Positions 19,504 through 30,314 of a stretch of DNA of 64,000 nt are shown piece after piece. Numbering within the stretch: position 1 is the first letter of the stretch; each line of letters begins with the position of its first letter. Source of the DNA: Hyalangium minutum (GTDB taxonomy: Bacteria; Myxococcota; Myxococcia; Myxococcales; Myxococcaceae). The notes below the pieces were generated by a model that made no database searches, was not told where the DNA came from, and worked only from the letters and a program-made list of their open reading frames with translations. The position numbers and the translations under genes are program-made. The stretch is from assembly GCF_000737315.1 (NCBI RefSeq), contig NZ_JMCB01000010.1:1-64000 (forward strand), in the 5' to 3' direction.

Positions 19504-19551
19504 TGGTGGAGGCGGCGGGAATCGAACCCGCCGCTTGAAACCTTTGACGAG
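19504..19551 (-). mobile_element. tmRNA (ssrA) 3'-end fragment, att-like site
   Basis: The reverse complement of 19504-19531 is GCGGGTTCGATTCCCGCCGCCTCCACCA: T-stem GCGGG/CCCGC, acceptor strand CGCCTCC (implies G3-U70), discriminator A and CCA. It is followed by non-tRNA sequence CGCTTGAAACCTTTGACGAG, shared with 22066. Confidence 0.8.
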
Positions 19552-19640
19552 GGGGCGTACCAGCGCAGGCGGCCGGAGCAGTGGTTCTGGATGCACAACC
19601 GCTGGCCGAAAGAGGTGTGGGTGAAAGCGGCAGTGCTGGG

Positions 19641-20084
19641 CTAGGAGCCCTTCACCGGCCATTTCTTCTTCATGTGAGCGAGGCCGCCGGAGACGATCTT
19701 CTCGAGGACGGCCATGTCCACGTCGGCGAGCTTGTTGATGTAGAGGCAGCCGCCGTCGCCCATCTTGTGCTTGCCGAGCTTGGCGAAGAGCGCCTGGGTC
19801 TCGGTGCCCTCGCCGCCGCCCCAATAGACGGAGAGGCTGGCCTTGCGTGGGGAGAAGCCGACGACGCACGCGTCGCCCTCGCGGCCGGTGTCGTAGGTGT
19901 AGTGATACGTGCCGTAGCCGACGATGGTCGGGCCCCACATCTTCGGCTTCCAGCCGGTGACCTTGGCGAAGAGTTTGAGGAGCTGTTCGGCGTCCTTGCG
20001 GCGCATGTCGTTTTCGACGGCGGCGATGAAGTCCTTGACGCTGACGGCTGTCGGCTTGGTCTTGATGTCCTTGGCGTTGGCCAT
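19641..20084 (-). CDS. DUF1801 domain protein
   Basis: KTKPTAVSVKDFIAAVEND.RRKDA...PKMWGPTIVGYG.YHY.Y..GREGD...VGFSPRK...LGKHKMG..CLYINKL.DVD. Confidence 0.9.
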   Translation of the reverse strand: MANAKDIKTKPTAVSVKDFIAAVENDMRRKDAEQLLKLFAKVTGWKPKMWGPTIVGYGTYHYTYDTGREGDACVVGFSPRKASLSVYWGGGEGTETQALFAKLGKHKMGDGGCLYINKLADVDMAVLEKIVSGGLAHMKKKWPVKGS

Positions 20085-20419
20085 GTCGCTCCCCGCTAAT
20101 TTGCGGCGAGTTTCGTGGAATCGAGCTGCATCAGCAACACCGGATCCCCGTCATTGCTGGTCACCGGCTCCTGGACGGACCGCCCCTGGGAGTCGGTCCG
20201 CAGGGTGTCCACTTCATGCAGGATGCGGTACTCGCCGGCCCGCGTCTCCACGGGGAGCCGCAGCGTGCCATTGGCCTGTGCGCCGACCCCCAGCGTCTGA
20301 AGCATGAGCGGGCAGGCCTCGGCCTCGCCTCCTGAGAATGAGCCCTGTCGCTGATGCAGCCGCCATCCTCACGAAGACGTCCCCATGAGGGGACAGCGAG
20401 GTCCGCCTGGACGCCCGCG

Positions 20420-21805
20420 CTACCAGTCCAGGTCCCGGACTCCGTTCACGGCCAACACTCGGCGCTCCCCCGTGCCATCGGCATTGATGACGTAGATGCC
20501 GTCGTCCTTGATGAAGGCGATCTGCCGGCCGTCGGCAGACCAGTGCGGCATCCGTCCGGTCGCAGGGAGCTCGGTCGCCGTCGGGCTCTCGGCTTGACTC
20601 ACTGCAATCGCCCCCCCTACCCAATGGGTGAAAACCCACCGAGTCCCGTCGGGTGACCAGTCGACATCGCTGCCGGGGGGGGATACCTCATGGAATTCCG
20701 AGCCATCGGCCCGCACGAGTCCCCACCAGTCCCCCCCCGCACAATCGGGGCAGTCGTCGGACAGACGGAACAAGATCCATCCCGTGGAGGACCAGGCAGG
20801 CTCGGTGAGAGTACCAAGGCCCGGAGGGGCCACCGGATCCGCCGGCTCGGCGAACGGGACATCGCCGGTGCCATCGGCGTTCACGAAGTGGAGGGTGGTC
20901 TCGTAGCTCTCGTCGACAGTCTCATAGCCATCGGAGACGATCCATGAATCGCGGGGGTAGGGGTAGACCAGGCGTTTGCCGTCAGGAGACCACGCGGGCG
21001 CGCTCACACTCCTCGCGTCGCGACCCACGCGTGCCGCGACACGGTGGGCACCTCCCCCATCGGCGTTCGCCACGTAGAGCTCCGTGCCAACCAGATAGGC
21101 GACCTGGCTGTAGTCAGGGGACCACCGGGGGAACCGCTCACCCCCCTCGGTCTGCGTCAAGCGGGTCAGTTCCGTGCCGTCGGGTTGTACCGTGTACAGG
21201 TCGGGGGCGGGAGCCCCCCCGAGCGCCGCTGCGAAGACGATGGGGCGATCGACCAGGCCACCGGGAGGTGACTGGATCCTCAGGCGTACCCGGCTCTGAG
21301 GGGCGATGGGGCCGAACTCGAGCCGATACTGCGTCCCTGCCTGGAGTCGATAGCCGTACGCCCGGCGGAAGTCCCGACATGTCTCGCCCGAGATCCATTT
21401 CAAGCACCCGGCCGCAAGCGGCCCGCCGTCGGAGACCACCCGCAGAGGCATCGGGGGAGTGCCCAGGAACACCGTGTACGTCCCCGAGCGCTCGGGGGTG
21501 AAGCTCACAACCCCACCGTACCTCCCCCCCTCGAGCCGGAGGTGAACTCCATAAGTCGTGTCGGCGCGCAGCGTCGGGGCGGCGTGGGCTCCCAGCGCTG
21601 CTGCAGTCACGGGCGTCGAAGGGCTCTCGCAGAGTTCCCCCCCCAGCACCTCGGGCTGCGCCTGCGCACAGCCCTCCGCTTCCCGTTCGCTCGACACCCA
21701 CACAGGCGAGTCCTCCGGCTCGGATCCCCCACAAATCACCGCGAGCAGACCGAAGCACAGACACGCACGACCAGCTGCATGCATCATCAGCCCCCCTTTC
21801 ATCAC
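20420..21805 (-). CDS. Secreted protein with C-terminal TolB/PD40 (WD40-like) repeats
   Basis: Repeated P.WSPDG-type motifs (PRWSPDY, PAWSPDG, PAWSSTG, VDWSPDG, PHWSADG) and LY....DG....RL segments. Confidence 0.8.
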   Translation of the reverse strand: MMKGGLMMHAAGRACLCFGLLAVICGGSEPEDSPVWVSSEREAEGCAQAQPEVLGGELCESPSTPVTAAALGAHAAPTLRADTTYGVHLRLEGGRYGGVVSFTPERSGTYTVFLGTPPMPLRVVSDGGPLAAGCLKWISGETCRDFRRAYGYRLQAGTQYRLEFGPIAPQSRVRLRIQSPPGGLVDRPIVFAAALGGAPAPDLYTVQPDGTELTRLTQTEGGERFPRWSPDYSQVAYLVGTELYVANADGGGAHRVAARVGRDARSVSAPAWSPDGKRLVYPYPRDSWIVSDGYETVDESYETTLHFVNADGTGDVPFAEPADPVAPPGLGTLTEPAWSSTGWILFRLSDDCPDCAGGDWWGLVRADGSEFHEVSPPGSDVDWSPDGTRWVFTHWVGGAIAVSQAESPTATELPATGRMPHWSADGRQIAFIKDDGIYVINADGTGERRVLAVNGVRDLDW

Positions 21806-22065
21806 GCCCGAGACGACGGAAGCCGTAGCCCCTTTGAGGGCGGGTCGGCACCATGGGGCGAAAGGGTTTGGATGATCGAAGACCTCCTCAAGCGTCCCCT
21901 GAGGACATAAAATGCATCGGGAGTTAAACAGCCCCCTCTCAAGATGAAGGAGGAGGCTTCGTAAGAGTTCGCCGTGCTCCCCAGGGACCGCCGTTCGAGA
22001 CAGAGGAATGAACTCCCGAGAGGGATAGCCCCGTTCCTTCTCAAGGCCGCTGGGAACTCACGGGA

Positions 22066-22110
22066 TGGAAGCGGCGGGAATCGAACCCGCCGCTTGGAAT
22101 TCCTGACGAG
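22066..22110 (-). mobile_element. tmRNA (ssrA) 3'-end-like fragment, att-like site at the right border of the accessory region
   Basis: TGGAAGCGGCGGGAATCGAACCCGCCGCTTGGAATTCCTGACGAG, collinear with the 19504 site; 55 bp from the tgt stop codon. Confidence 0.75.
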
Positions 22111-22164
22111 TGCGGCCCCACTCGGTCGAGCGCTGTTTCTGTAGAGAGCCCTCAGGCACTCAGC

Positions 22165-23343
<1,179 letters not shown>

Positions 23344-23557
23344 TTATACCCGCGCTGCCCCCGCTTGACCCAGACGATGTGAGCCCCTCGGCCAGCCCCC
23401 CTCCCGAGCCCCTGCCGGCCAGGCATCCCCCTGCCTCCATCCCACATGGCCCCCTCCCCACCCTGGAGGCCTCCCTCACGGAGGGCATGAATGGCTGAGC
23501 CCCGGCGTTAGAAAGGGCTCTACACCGCGCCCTTCGCGGTGCTACAGCGCGCGCGCC

Positions 23558-25159
23558 ATGTTCACCATCGTCAACGTCTCCAAAGCCTACGGTCCCAAGA
23601 AGCTCTTCGAGGAGGTGAACGTCGCCTTCTCCCCGGGCCGCCGCTACGGCCTCACCGGCCCCAACGGGGCGGGCAAGTCCACGTTCATGAAGATCCTCGC
23701 GGGGGACGAGGAGGCGGACATGGGCACGCTCTCCCGCCCGAAGCGCCTGGGCATCCTCCGCCAGGACCACTTCCGCTACGAGGACACCCGCGTGCTGGAT
23801 GTGGTGCTCATGGGGAACAAGCCCCTGTGGGACGCCATGCACGAGAAGAACACGCTGCTGGCCAAGGCGGACATCACCGAGGAGGACGGCAACCGCCTGG
23901 GCGATCTCGAGGGCGTCATCGCCGAGGAGGATGGCTACGTCGCCGAGAGTGACGCGGCCACCCTGCTGGTGGGTCTCGGCATCGAGGAGAGCTTCCACGA
24001 GGGCCCCATGCGGCAGCTCACCGGCGGCCTCAAGCTGCGCGTGCTGCTCGCGCAGGCCCTCTTCGGAAAGCCCGAGGGACTGCTGCTCGACGAGCCCACC
24101 AACAACCTGGACATCGAGTCCATCCGCTGGCTGGAGAATTTCCTCAAGGAGTACGAGGGCGTGCTGATCACCATCAGCCACGACCGGCACTTCCTGAACG
24201 AGATCTGCACGCACATCGCGGACATCGATTACGAGACCATCATCCAGTACACGGGCGGCTACGACGAGATGGTGCACCAGAAGGCCCAGCTGCGCAGCCG
24301 CGTGGAGTCCGAAGTCAGTGAGAAGAAGAAGAAGATCGCCCAGCTGCAGGACTTCGTGGCCCGCTTTCACGCCGGCACGCGCGCCTCGCAGGTGCAGAGC
24401 CGCATCAAGCAGATTGAGAAGCTGCGCACGGATGACCTGAAGCGCTCCAACATCGCGCGTCCGTTCATCCGCTTCGATCAGAAGGTGGTCAGCGGCAAGC
24501 AGACCCTGATGATCGAGAACATCCACAAGTCCTTCGACGGCGTGCCCGTCATCAAGCCGTTCAAGTCGCTGGTGGTGAAGGGCGAGAAGATCTGCGTCAT
24601 CGGCCGCAACGGCGTGGGCAAGTCCACGCTGGTGAAGATGATCGCCGGGCAGCTCGAGCCGGACGGCGGCGGCATTACCTGGGGCCACCAGGCCTCCGTG
24701 GGCTACCTGCCGCAGGATCACCACGGCACCATCCGCAAGGACACCACCGCCTTCGAGTGGCTGCGCGACATCAACGTCAAGCTCACCAACGAGGAGATCT
24801 CCGGCGTGCTGGGCCGCATGCTCTTCTCCGGCGAGGAGCGCATGAAGCCCACCAACACCCTCTCCGGTGGTGAGACGGTGCGGTTGTTGCTGTGCAAACT
24901 GATGCTGACCCAGGACAACGTGCTGGTGCTGGACGAGCCCACCAACCACTTGGATCTCGAGTCCATCACCGCGCTTGCCGAGGGCCTGAAGAAGTTCGAG
25001 GGCACGGTCATCGTCGTGACGCACGACCAGGAGCTCATCTCCGAGGTGGCCACGCGCATCTGGTCTCTCAAGGAAGGCCAGGAGATCGTCGACTACAACG
25101 GGCCCTTCCACGAGTTCCTGGAGAAGCACTCCGCGGACATCGTGGTGCGCCGCAAGTAG
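23558..25159 (+). CDS. ABC-F family ATPase (YbiT-like)
   Basis: Two NBDs (GPNGAGKST/LLLDEPTNNLD; GRNGVGKST/LSGGE/LDEPTNHLD), no TM segments. Confidence 0.93.
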   Translation: MFTIVNVSKAYGPKKLFEEVNVAFSPGRRYGLTGPNGAGKSTFMKILAGDEEADMGTLSRPKRLGILRQDHFRYEDTRVLDVVLMGNKPLWDAMHEKNTLLAKADITEEDGNRLGDLEGVIAEEDGYVAESDAATLLVGLGIEESFHEGPMRQLTGGLKLRVLLAQALFGKPEGLLLDEPTNNLDIESIRWLENFLKEYEGVLITISHDRHFLNEICTHIADIDYETIIQYTGGYDEMVHQKAQLRSRVESEVSEKKKKIAQLQDFVARFHAGTRASQVQSRIKQIEKLRTDDLKRSNIARPFIRFDQKVVSGKQTLMIENIHKSFDGVPVIKPFKSLVVKGEKICVIGRNGVGKSTLVKMIAGQLEPDGGGITWGHQASVGYLPQDHHGTIRKDTTAFEWLRDINVKLTNEEISGVLGRMLFSGEERMKPTNTLSGGETVRLLLCKLMLTQDNVLVLDEPTNHLDLESITALAEGLKKFEGTVIVVTHDQELISEVATRIWSLKEGQEIVDYNGPFHEFLEKHSADIVVRRK

Positions 25160-25230
25160 CCCCGGGGGGCAGGCAGCCAGGCGTCGGCGGGGGGTGCTAT
25201 AGCGAGCTCCTCCCCAACCCAGGAGACGCC

Positions 25231-25620
25231 GTGACGAAGACTGCTCTCAAGTTGCTGCTGCCTGCCTTGCTGCTCACCACCACCGCTTTCGCCGCCGGCA
25301 AGGCGGAGGTGAAGGTCGGTACCTCCATCGAGAAGTACGAGGTGCAAGGCACCTCGGACTCCTTCAAGGTGGCCCCCGACACCAAGCTCTACGCGGGCAC
25401 CAAGATCACTGGCGTGGAGAACGACAAGATCACCGTCGTCTTCCTGAAGAACGGCGCCGAGGCCTCCAAGGTCGAGCTGAAGGTCCCTCGCTCGCCGTAC
25501 CGCACCCACGCGTTCAAGACGATCCGCGCGGGCGACTCCGGTAACTGGACTGTGAAGATCCTCGGCCCGGATGGGGCGGAGATCGGCTCCACCGACTTCA
25601 AGGTCGAAGTCGGCACCTGA
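25231..25620 (+). CDS. DUF2914-like secreted beta-sandwich protein
   Basis: GTG start after AGGAG; signal peptide; PYRTHAFKTI...GNWTVKILGPDG. Confidence 0.75.
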   Translation: MTKTALKLLLPALLLTTTAFAAGKAEVKVGTSIEKYEVQGTSDSFKVAPDTKLYAGTKITGVENDKITVVFLKNGAEASKVELKVPRSPYRTHAFKTIRAGDSGNWTVKILGPDGAEIGSTDFKVEVGT

Positions 25621-25644
25621 TTCAGCGCGCCCGGGACGCCCGGC

Positions 25645-26707
25645 TCAGTTGGGCCGGGTGCCCTTGCGCAGCAGGAAGAGGCCCAGGCCCACCCCAGCGG
25701 CCCACTTCGCTGCGGCGGCCAGCGGCGTCTTCCACAGCGGCATCGGCGCGGGAGGCTGCGGCGGCACCGCCTCCTCGGGCCGGAACTCCGTGGAGCCCGG
25801 CAGCTTCGCTCCCCCCTGCTCCACCTCGGTCTTCGTCGCCATCACCCCACCGGTACCCGGCACCCGGTCGCCCGGCGACTTCCCCTCGGGGGAGCGGTGT
25901 TCGATGATGGCGTTGATCTCGGCGCCCAGCAGAATGACCTGCGCGGAGATCCACATCCACATCAGCATGACGATGACACCGCCGATGGCGCCGTAGTTCG
26001 CGTCATAGCTGCCGAAGTTGGTCACGTAGACCGAGAAGCCCCACGAAGCGATCAACCAGATGATCACGCCGACGATGGAGCCCGGGGTGATGAACTTGAA
26101 CTTCTGCTTCACGTCCGGCAGCGCGTAGTAGAGCACCGCCCAGAGGAACATCATCAGCAGGCCCGCCACGGGCAGGCGCAGCCACGTCACCAGCGTGGGG
26201 AAGGGCCCGCCCAGCTTGTTGGCGATGGCGGGCGTGGCCACCGCCACCGCCGCGGAGATGATGGAGATGAGGGCCGCCGCCAACGTGGACAGGATCGCGA
26301 GGCCGCGCACCTTCCAGAAGGGCCGCTTCTCCTCCACGCCATACACGGTGTTGAGCGCGTTCATCAGCGCCACGATGCCGCCCGAGGCCGCCCAGATGGC
26401 ACCCAGGGCGCCCACCGTCAGCAGCCCCACGTTTTTGCTGGCCGCCAGGGCCTGGAGCCGCTCGCCCAGGATGGTGGCCACTTCCTTCGGTGCCACCTTG
26501 GCCAGCTCCTGGATCAGCACCTGCGCCTGAGCGGGATCGATGAGCACGCTCGCCAGCGACACCAGGAACAGCATGAAGGGGAAGATCGCCAGCACTCCGA
26601 AGAACGTCAGCGCGCCGGCGACATCGCTCACCTTGTCGCGCGAGTACTCGTTCTTCAGAGCCTTGAAGAACTCTTTCCAGCCCATCCCCTTGCCCGGCAG
26701 AACCATT
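25645..26707 (-). CDS. YihY/virulence factor BrkB family membrane protein
   Basis: AGALTFFGVLAIFP...YV.NFGSYDANYGAIGGVIVMLMWMWIS...LLGAEIN; start uncertain. Confidence 0.9.
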
Positions 26708-26828
26708 CCGCCTCCTCGACAGTGTCCCGCAGGGAGGATGCTCACTCACCCTGGGGCTGGCGGCACCCCGAAGTGGAGCGCTCGGTCGAGCGCTCCAGGG
26801 GCAGGCAGGCAAGAGCGCTCCGGGGGCC

Positions 26829-27383
26829 TTAGCCCGCGTAGGGGGGCAGCACCTTCGCGTCCTTCAGACGCGGCGCCGCAGCGTCCTTCGCGGACAGATT
26901 GGGCTCACCGGACAGCGGCCAGGCAATGGCCAGATCCGGATCATTCCAGGCGATGCCCGCGTCGTACTGGGGCGCGTACAGCGAGGTGCACTTGTACTGG
27001 AAGTCCGCGGACTCGGAGAGGACGTAGAAGCCGTGGGCAAAGCCCGGGGGCACCCAGAACTGGCGCTTGTTGTCCGCGGACAACTCCACCCCCGCCCACT
27101 TGCCGAACGTGGGCGAGCCCTTGCGGATGTCCACCGCCACGTCGAACACCGCGCCAGCCACCACCTGCACCAGCTTGCCCTGGGGCTGCGGCTCCTGGAA
27201 GTGCAGCCCGCGCAGCGTGCCCTTCACCGAGCGCGAGTAGTTGTCCTGCACGAAGGGGCCGGGGATGCCAGCCTCCTTGTAGCGCTCGGAGTGGAACGTC
27301 TCCAGGAAGAAGCCGCGCGCGTCACCGTGGACCTTCGGCTCGATGATGAGGACGCCGGGGATCTCCGTGGGGATGACCTTCAC
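26829..27383 (-). CDS. rmlC: dTDP-4-dehydrorhamnose 3,5-epimerase
   Basis: [31 protein letters not shown]. Confidence 0.96.
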   Translation of the reverse strand: MKVIPTEIPGVLIIEPKVHGDARGFFLETFHSERYKEAGIPGPFVQDNYSRSVKGTLRGLHFQEPQPQGKLVQVVAGAVFDVAVDIRKGSPTFGKWAGVELSADNKRQFWVPPGFAHGFYVLSESADFQYKCTSLYAPQYDAGIAWNDPDLAIAWPLSGEPNLSAKDAAAPRLKDAKVLPPYAG

Positions 27384-28261
27384 GAGACCGCCCCCTTGTG
27401 CTCGATGAGATCCAGCAGGTACTGGCCGTACTCGTTCTTGCGCATGGGCGCTGCCAGCTCCGCCAGCTGCGTCGAGTTGATGTAGCCCATGCGGTAGGCG
27501 ATCTCCTCGGGGCAGGCGACCTTGAGGCCCTGACGGCGCTCGATGATCTCAATGTAGTTGGAGGCCTGCATCAGCGACTCGTGGGTGCCGGTGTCCAGCC
27601 ACGCGTAGCCGCGGCCCATCAGCTCCACCTGGAGCTGGCCACGCCGCAGGTACTCGGCGTTCACGTCGGTGATCTCCAGCTCGCCGCGCTTGGAGGGCTT
27701 GAGGTTCGCCGCGATGTCCAGCACCTGCTGATCGTAGAAGTACAGGCCCGTGACGGCGTAGTTCGACTTGGGCTTGGCCGGCTTCTCCTCGATGCTCACC
27801 GCGCGGTTGTTGGCGTCCAGCTCCACCACGCCGTAGCGCTCCGGATCCTTCACGTAGTAGCCGAACACCGTGGCGCCCTGGGTGCGCTTGGCCGTGCGCT
27901 GCAGCATGTCGATGAAGCCGTGGCCGTAGAAGATGTTGTCGCCCAGGATGAGGCAGGACTGATCATTGCCCACGAACGGGCGGCCGATGATGAACGCCTG
28001 GGCCAGGCCCTCGGGCTTGGGCTGCTCGGCGTACTCGAAGCGCACGCCCCACTGCTCGCCGCTGCCGAGCAGCTCGCGGAAGCGCGGCAGATCCGACGGA
28101 GTGGAGATGATCAGAATCTCCCGGATACCCGCCATCATCAGCGTAGTCACCGGGTAGTAGATCATCGGCTTGTCGTAGACAGGCAGCAGCTGCTTGCTGA
28201 CGACACGAGTGAGCGGATACAGGCGCGTGCCCGAGCCGCCGGCGAGAACAATCCCTTTCAT
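27380..28261 (-). CDS. rmlA: Glucose-1-phosphate thymidylyltransferase
   Basis: [18 protein letters not shown]...[30 protein letters not shown]. Confidence 0.97.
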   Translation of the reverse strand: MKGIVLAGGSGTRLYPLTRVVSKQLLPVYDKPMIYYPVTTLMMAGIREILIISTPSDLPRFRELLGSGEQWGVRFEYAEQPKPEGLAQAFIIGRPFVGNDQSCLILGDNIFYGHGFIDMLQRTAKRTQGATVFGYYVKDPERYGVVELDANNRAVSIEEKPAKPKSNYAVTGLYFYDQQVLDIAANLKPSKRGELEITDVNAEYLRRGQLQVELMGRGYAWLDTGTHESLMQASNYIEIIERRQGLKVACPEEIAYRMGYINSTQLAELAAPMRKNEYGQYLLDLIEHKGAVS

Positions 28262-29172
28262 GATGCACCTCGAGAGGGCGTGCTACCGGCCTTCCACGCC
28301 GCATGGAACCGAGCCAGAGACTCGGACAAAGACAGAGGTTGGGCCGCGAGCTGGCTGCGCGCCTTGTCCACCTTGAGCCCGCTGTGCAGCGGCCGGGGAC
28401 TGGCCAGCTTCAGATCCGCCAGCTTCGAGGGGGTGATGCTGCTCGGGTCGAACCCGAACACCTCGCACAGCGCCCGGCCAAAGGTGACGCGGTTGACCAC
28501 CTCGCCACCGCACGTATTCCAGATGCCGCCCAGCTTGCGCGTGCCCAGCTCCACCACCTGCGCCGCCACGCTGTCAGCGAAGCTGGGCGAGACGAACTGA
28601 TCCTCGAAGAGCTTGAGGGGCTGCTTCTTCTCCAGCGCGCCCACCAGCCATGCGCCGAAGTTGGGGCGGCCCGCGGCGGGCCAGCCGTACACCACCGCCG
28701 TGCGGGCAATGGCGCAGGTGGGAACAAAGGTGCGCGCGGCGTGCTCGCCCATCAGCTTGGTGATGGCGTAGACGCCACGCGGGTTGGGCAGGGCCTCCTC
28801 ATCATAGGGCCCGTGGTCGCCATCGAAGACGTAGTCCGTGGAGACGTGCACCAGGTGCGCTCCCACGCGCCGAGCGCCCTTGGCCACGGCGGCCGCCGCA
28901 GTGACATTGGCGGCATAGGCCAGATCCGGGTTCTTCTCGCACGCGTCCACCTCCGTCATGGAGGCAGGGTGGATGATCACCTCGGGCGAGGCGGACTCGA
29001 TGGCGGTGAGCACATCCGCCTCGAGCGTGAGATCCACGGGGATGTAGCGGTAGGAGCCGCCCGTGCGCCGCCCTCCCCGGCCAACGGCCACCACCTCATG
29101 GCCAGCCTGCTCCAGCTGCGCACAGACGCGGCTGCCGACCAACCCGTTGGACCCCGTGACGAGGAAGCGCAT
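28258..29172 (-). CDS. rmlD: dTDP-4-dehydrorhamnose reductase (SDR)
   Basis: [24 protein letters not shown]; lies between rmlB and rmlA. Confidence 0.9.
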   Translation of the reverse strand: MRFLVTGSNGLVGSRVCAQLEQAGHEVVAVGRGGRRTGGSYRYIPVDLTLEADVLTAIESASPEVIIHPASMTEVDACEKNPDLAYAANVTAAAAVAKGARRVGAHLVHVSTDYVFDGDHGPYDEEALPNPRGVYAITKLMGEHAARTFVPTCAIARTAVVYGWPAAGRPNFGAWLVGALEKKQPLKLFEDQFVSPSFADSVAAQVVELGTRKLGGIWNTCGGEVVNRVTFGRALCEVFGFDPSSITPSKLADLKLASPRPLHSGLKVDKARSQLAAQPLSLSESLARFHAAWKAGSTPSRGAS

Positions 29173-29191
29173 GCGCGTACTCCAGTGAGGC

Positions 29192-30211
29192 TCAGCCCTT
29201 CAGGCGGGCGCGGTATTGGGTCTCGAAGTACTGGCGGTAGGCGCCGCTCGTCACCCGCTCCCACCATGTGGGGTTGTCCACGTACCACTTCACCGTGTCC
29301 GCCAAGCCCGCCTCGAAGGTGTGCGCCGGAGACCAGCCCAACTCCGCCTTCGTCTTCGACGGGTCGATGGCGTAGCGGCGATCGTGCCCCGGGCGATCCT
29401 TCACGTACTTGATGAGGGACTCGGGCTTGCCCACCAGGCCGAGGATCGCCTTGACGATCTCGATGTTCTTGCGCTCGGCGCCGCCGCCGATGTTGTAGAC
29501 CTCGCCCGCCTTGCCCTTCTCCAGCGCGGTGACGAGCGCGGAGCAGTGGTCCTCCACGTGGAGCCAGTCGCGCACGTTGGCGCCGTCGCCGTACACCGGC
29601 AGCGGCTTGTCATGCAGCGCGTTCACCACCATGAGGGGGATGAGCTTCTCGGGGAACTGGTAGCGCCCGTAGTTGTTGGAGCACCGGGTGACGATGACGT
29701 CCATCCCGAACGTGTGGTGGTAGGCCAGCGAGATGAGGTCCGCGCTGGTCTTCGACGCCGAGTACGGGCTGGAGGGCTGCAGCGGGGACTTCTCGGTGAA
29801 GGCGCCGGTGGGTCCCAGCGAGCCGTACACCTCGTCCGTGGAGACCATGAGGAAGCGCTTGATGCCGCGCGAGCGGGCCGCCTCGAGCAGCCGCTGAGTG
29901 CCGAGCACGTTAGTGGCGACGAACACCTCGGGGCCCAGGATGGAGCGGTCCACGTGGCTCTCGGCAGCCAGGTGCATGATGGCGTCCACCGAGTGCTGGG
30001 CGATCAGGTGCTCCACCAGCTCCGGGTTGCCGATGTCACCGCGCACGAACACGTGCTTCGGATCACCCTCGAACTCGGAGAGGTTCTCGAGGTTGCCCGC
30101 GTACGTGAGCTTGTCGAGGTTGACGACCTTCCACTCGGGACGGTTCTTGCGGATGTACTTCACGAGGTTGGAGCCAATGAAGCCGCAACCGCCGGTAATC
30201 AGGACGTTCAT
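29192..30211 (-). CDS. rmlB: dTDP-glucose 4,6-dehydratase
   Basis: MNVLITGGCGFIGSN, DKLTYAGN, HLAAESHVDRS, STDEVYG, YSASK, RCSNNYG.YQFPEKLIP. Confidence 0.97.
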   Translation of the reverse strand: MNVLITGGCGFIGSNLVKYIRKNRPEWKVVNLDKLTYAGNLENLSEFEGDPKHVFVRGDIGNPELVEHLIAQHSVDAIMHLAAESHVDRSILGPEVFVATNVLGTQRLLEAARSRGIKRFLMVSTDEVYGSLGPTGAFTEKSPLQPSSPYSASKTSADLISLAYHHTFGMDVIVTRCSNNYGRYQFPEKLIPLMVVNALHDKPLPVYGDGANVRDWLHVEDHCSALVTALEKGKAGEVYNIGGGAERKNIEIVKAILGLVGKPESLIKYVKDRPGHDRRYAIDPSKTKAELGWSPAHTFEAGLADTVKWYVDNPTWWERVTSGAYRQYFETQYRARLKG

Positions 30212-30314
30212 TCGACTTGCTCTTGAAAACAGGAAAGATCGGCGGCCTGAGTATCGGAGCGGCTCTGTCACGTCAAGGTGACCTTGCGCCTGCAACCATC
30301 GGAGGATAGAGGCG

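Noticed and set aside
20675-21530. G8/C8/C7 homopolymer runs in the TolB-like gene as phase-variation tracts
   Set aside because: The ORF is intact and such runs are expected in 70% GC Gly/Pro codons; no evidence of slippage.
14868-22110. Possible tRNA genes or a CRISPR-like repeat series at the GGCGGCGGGAATCGAACCC motifs
   Set aside because: Only a T-arm and acceptor 3' strand are present (no D or anticodon arms), and spacing is kilobases and irregular. Treated as att relics instead.
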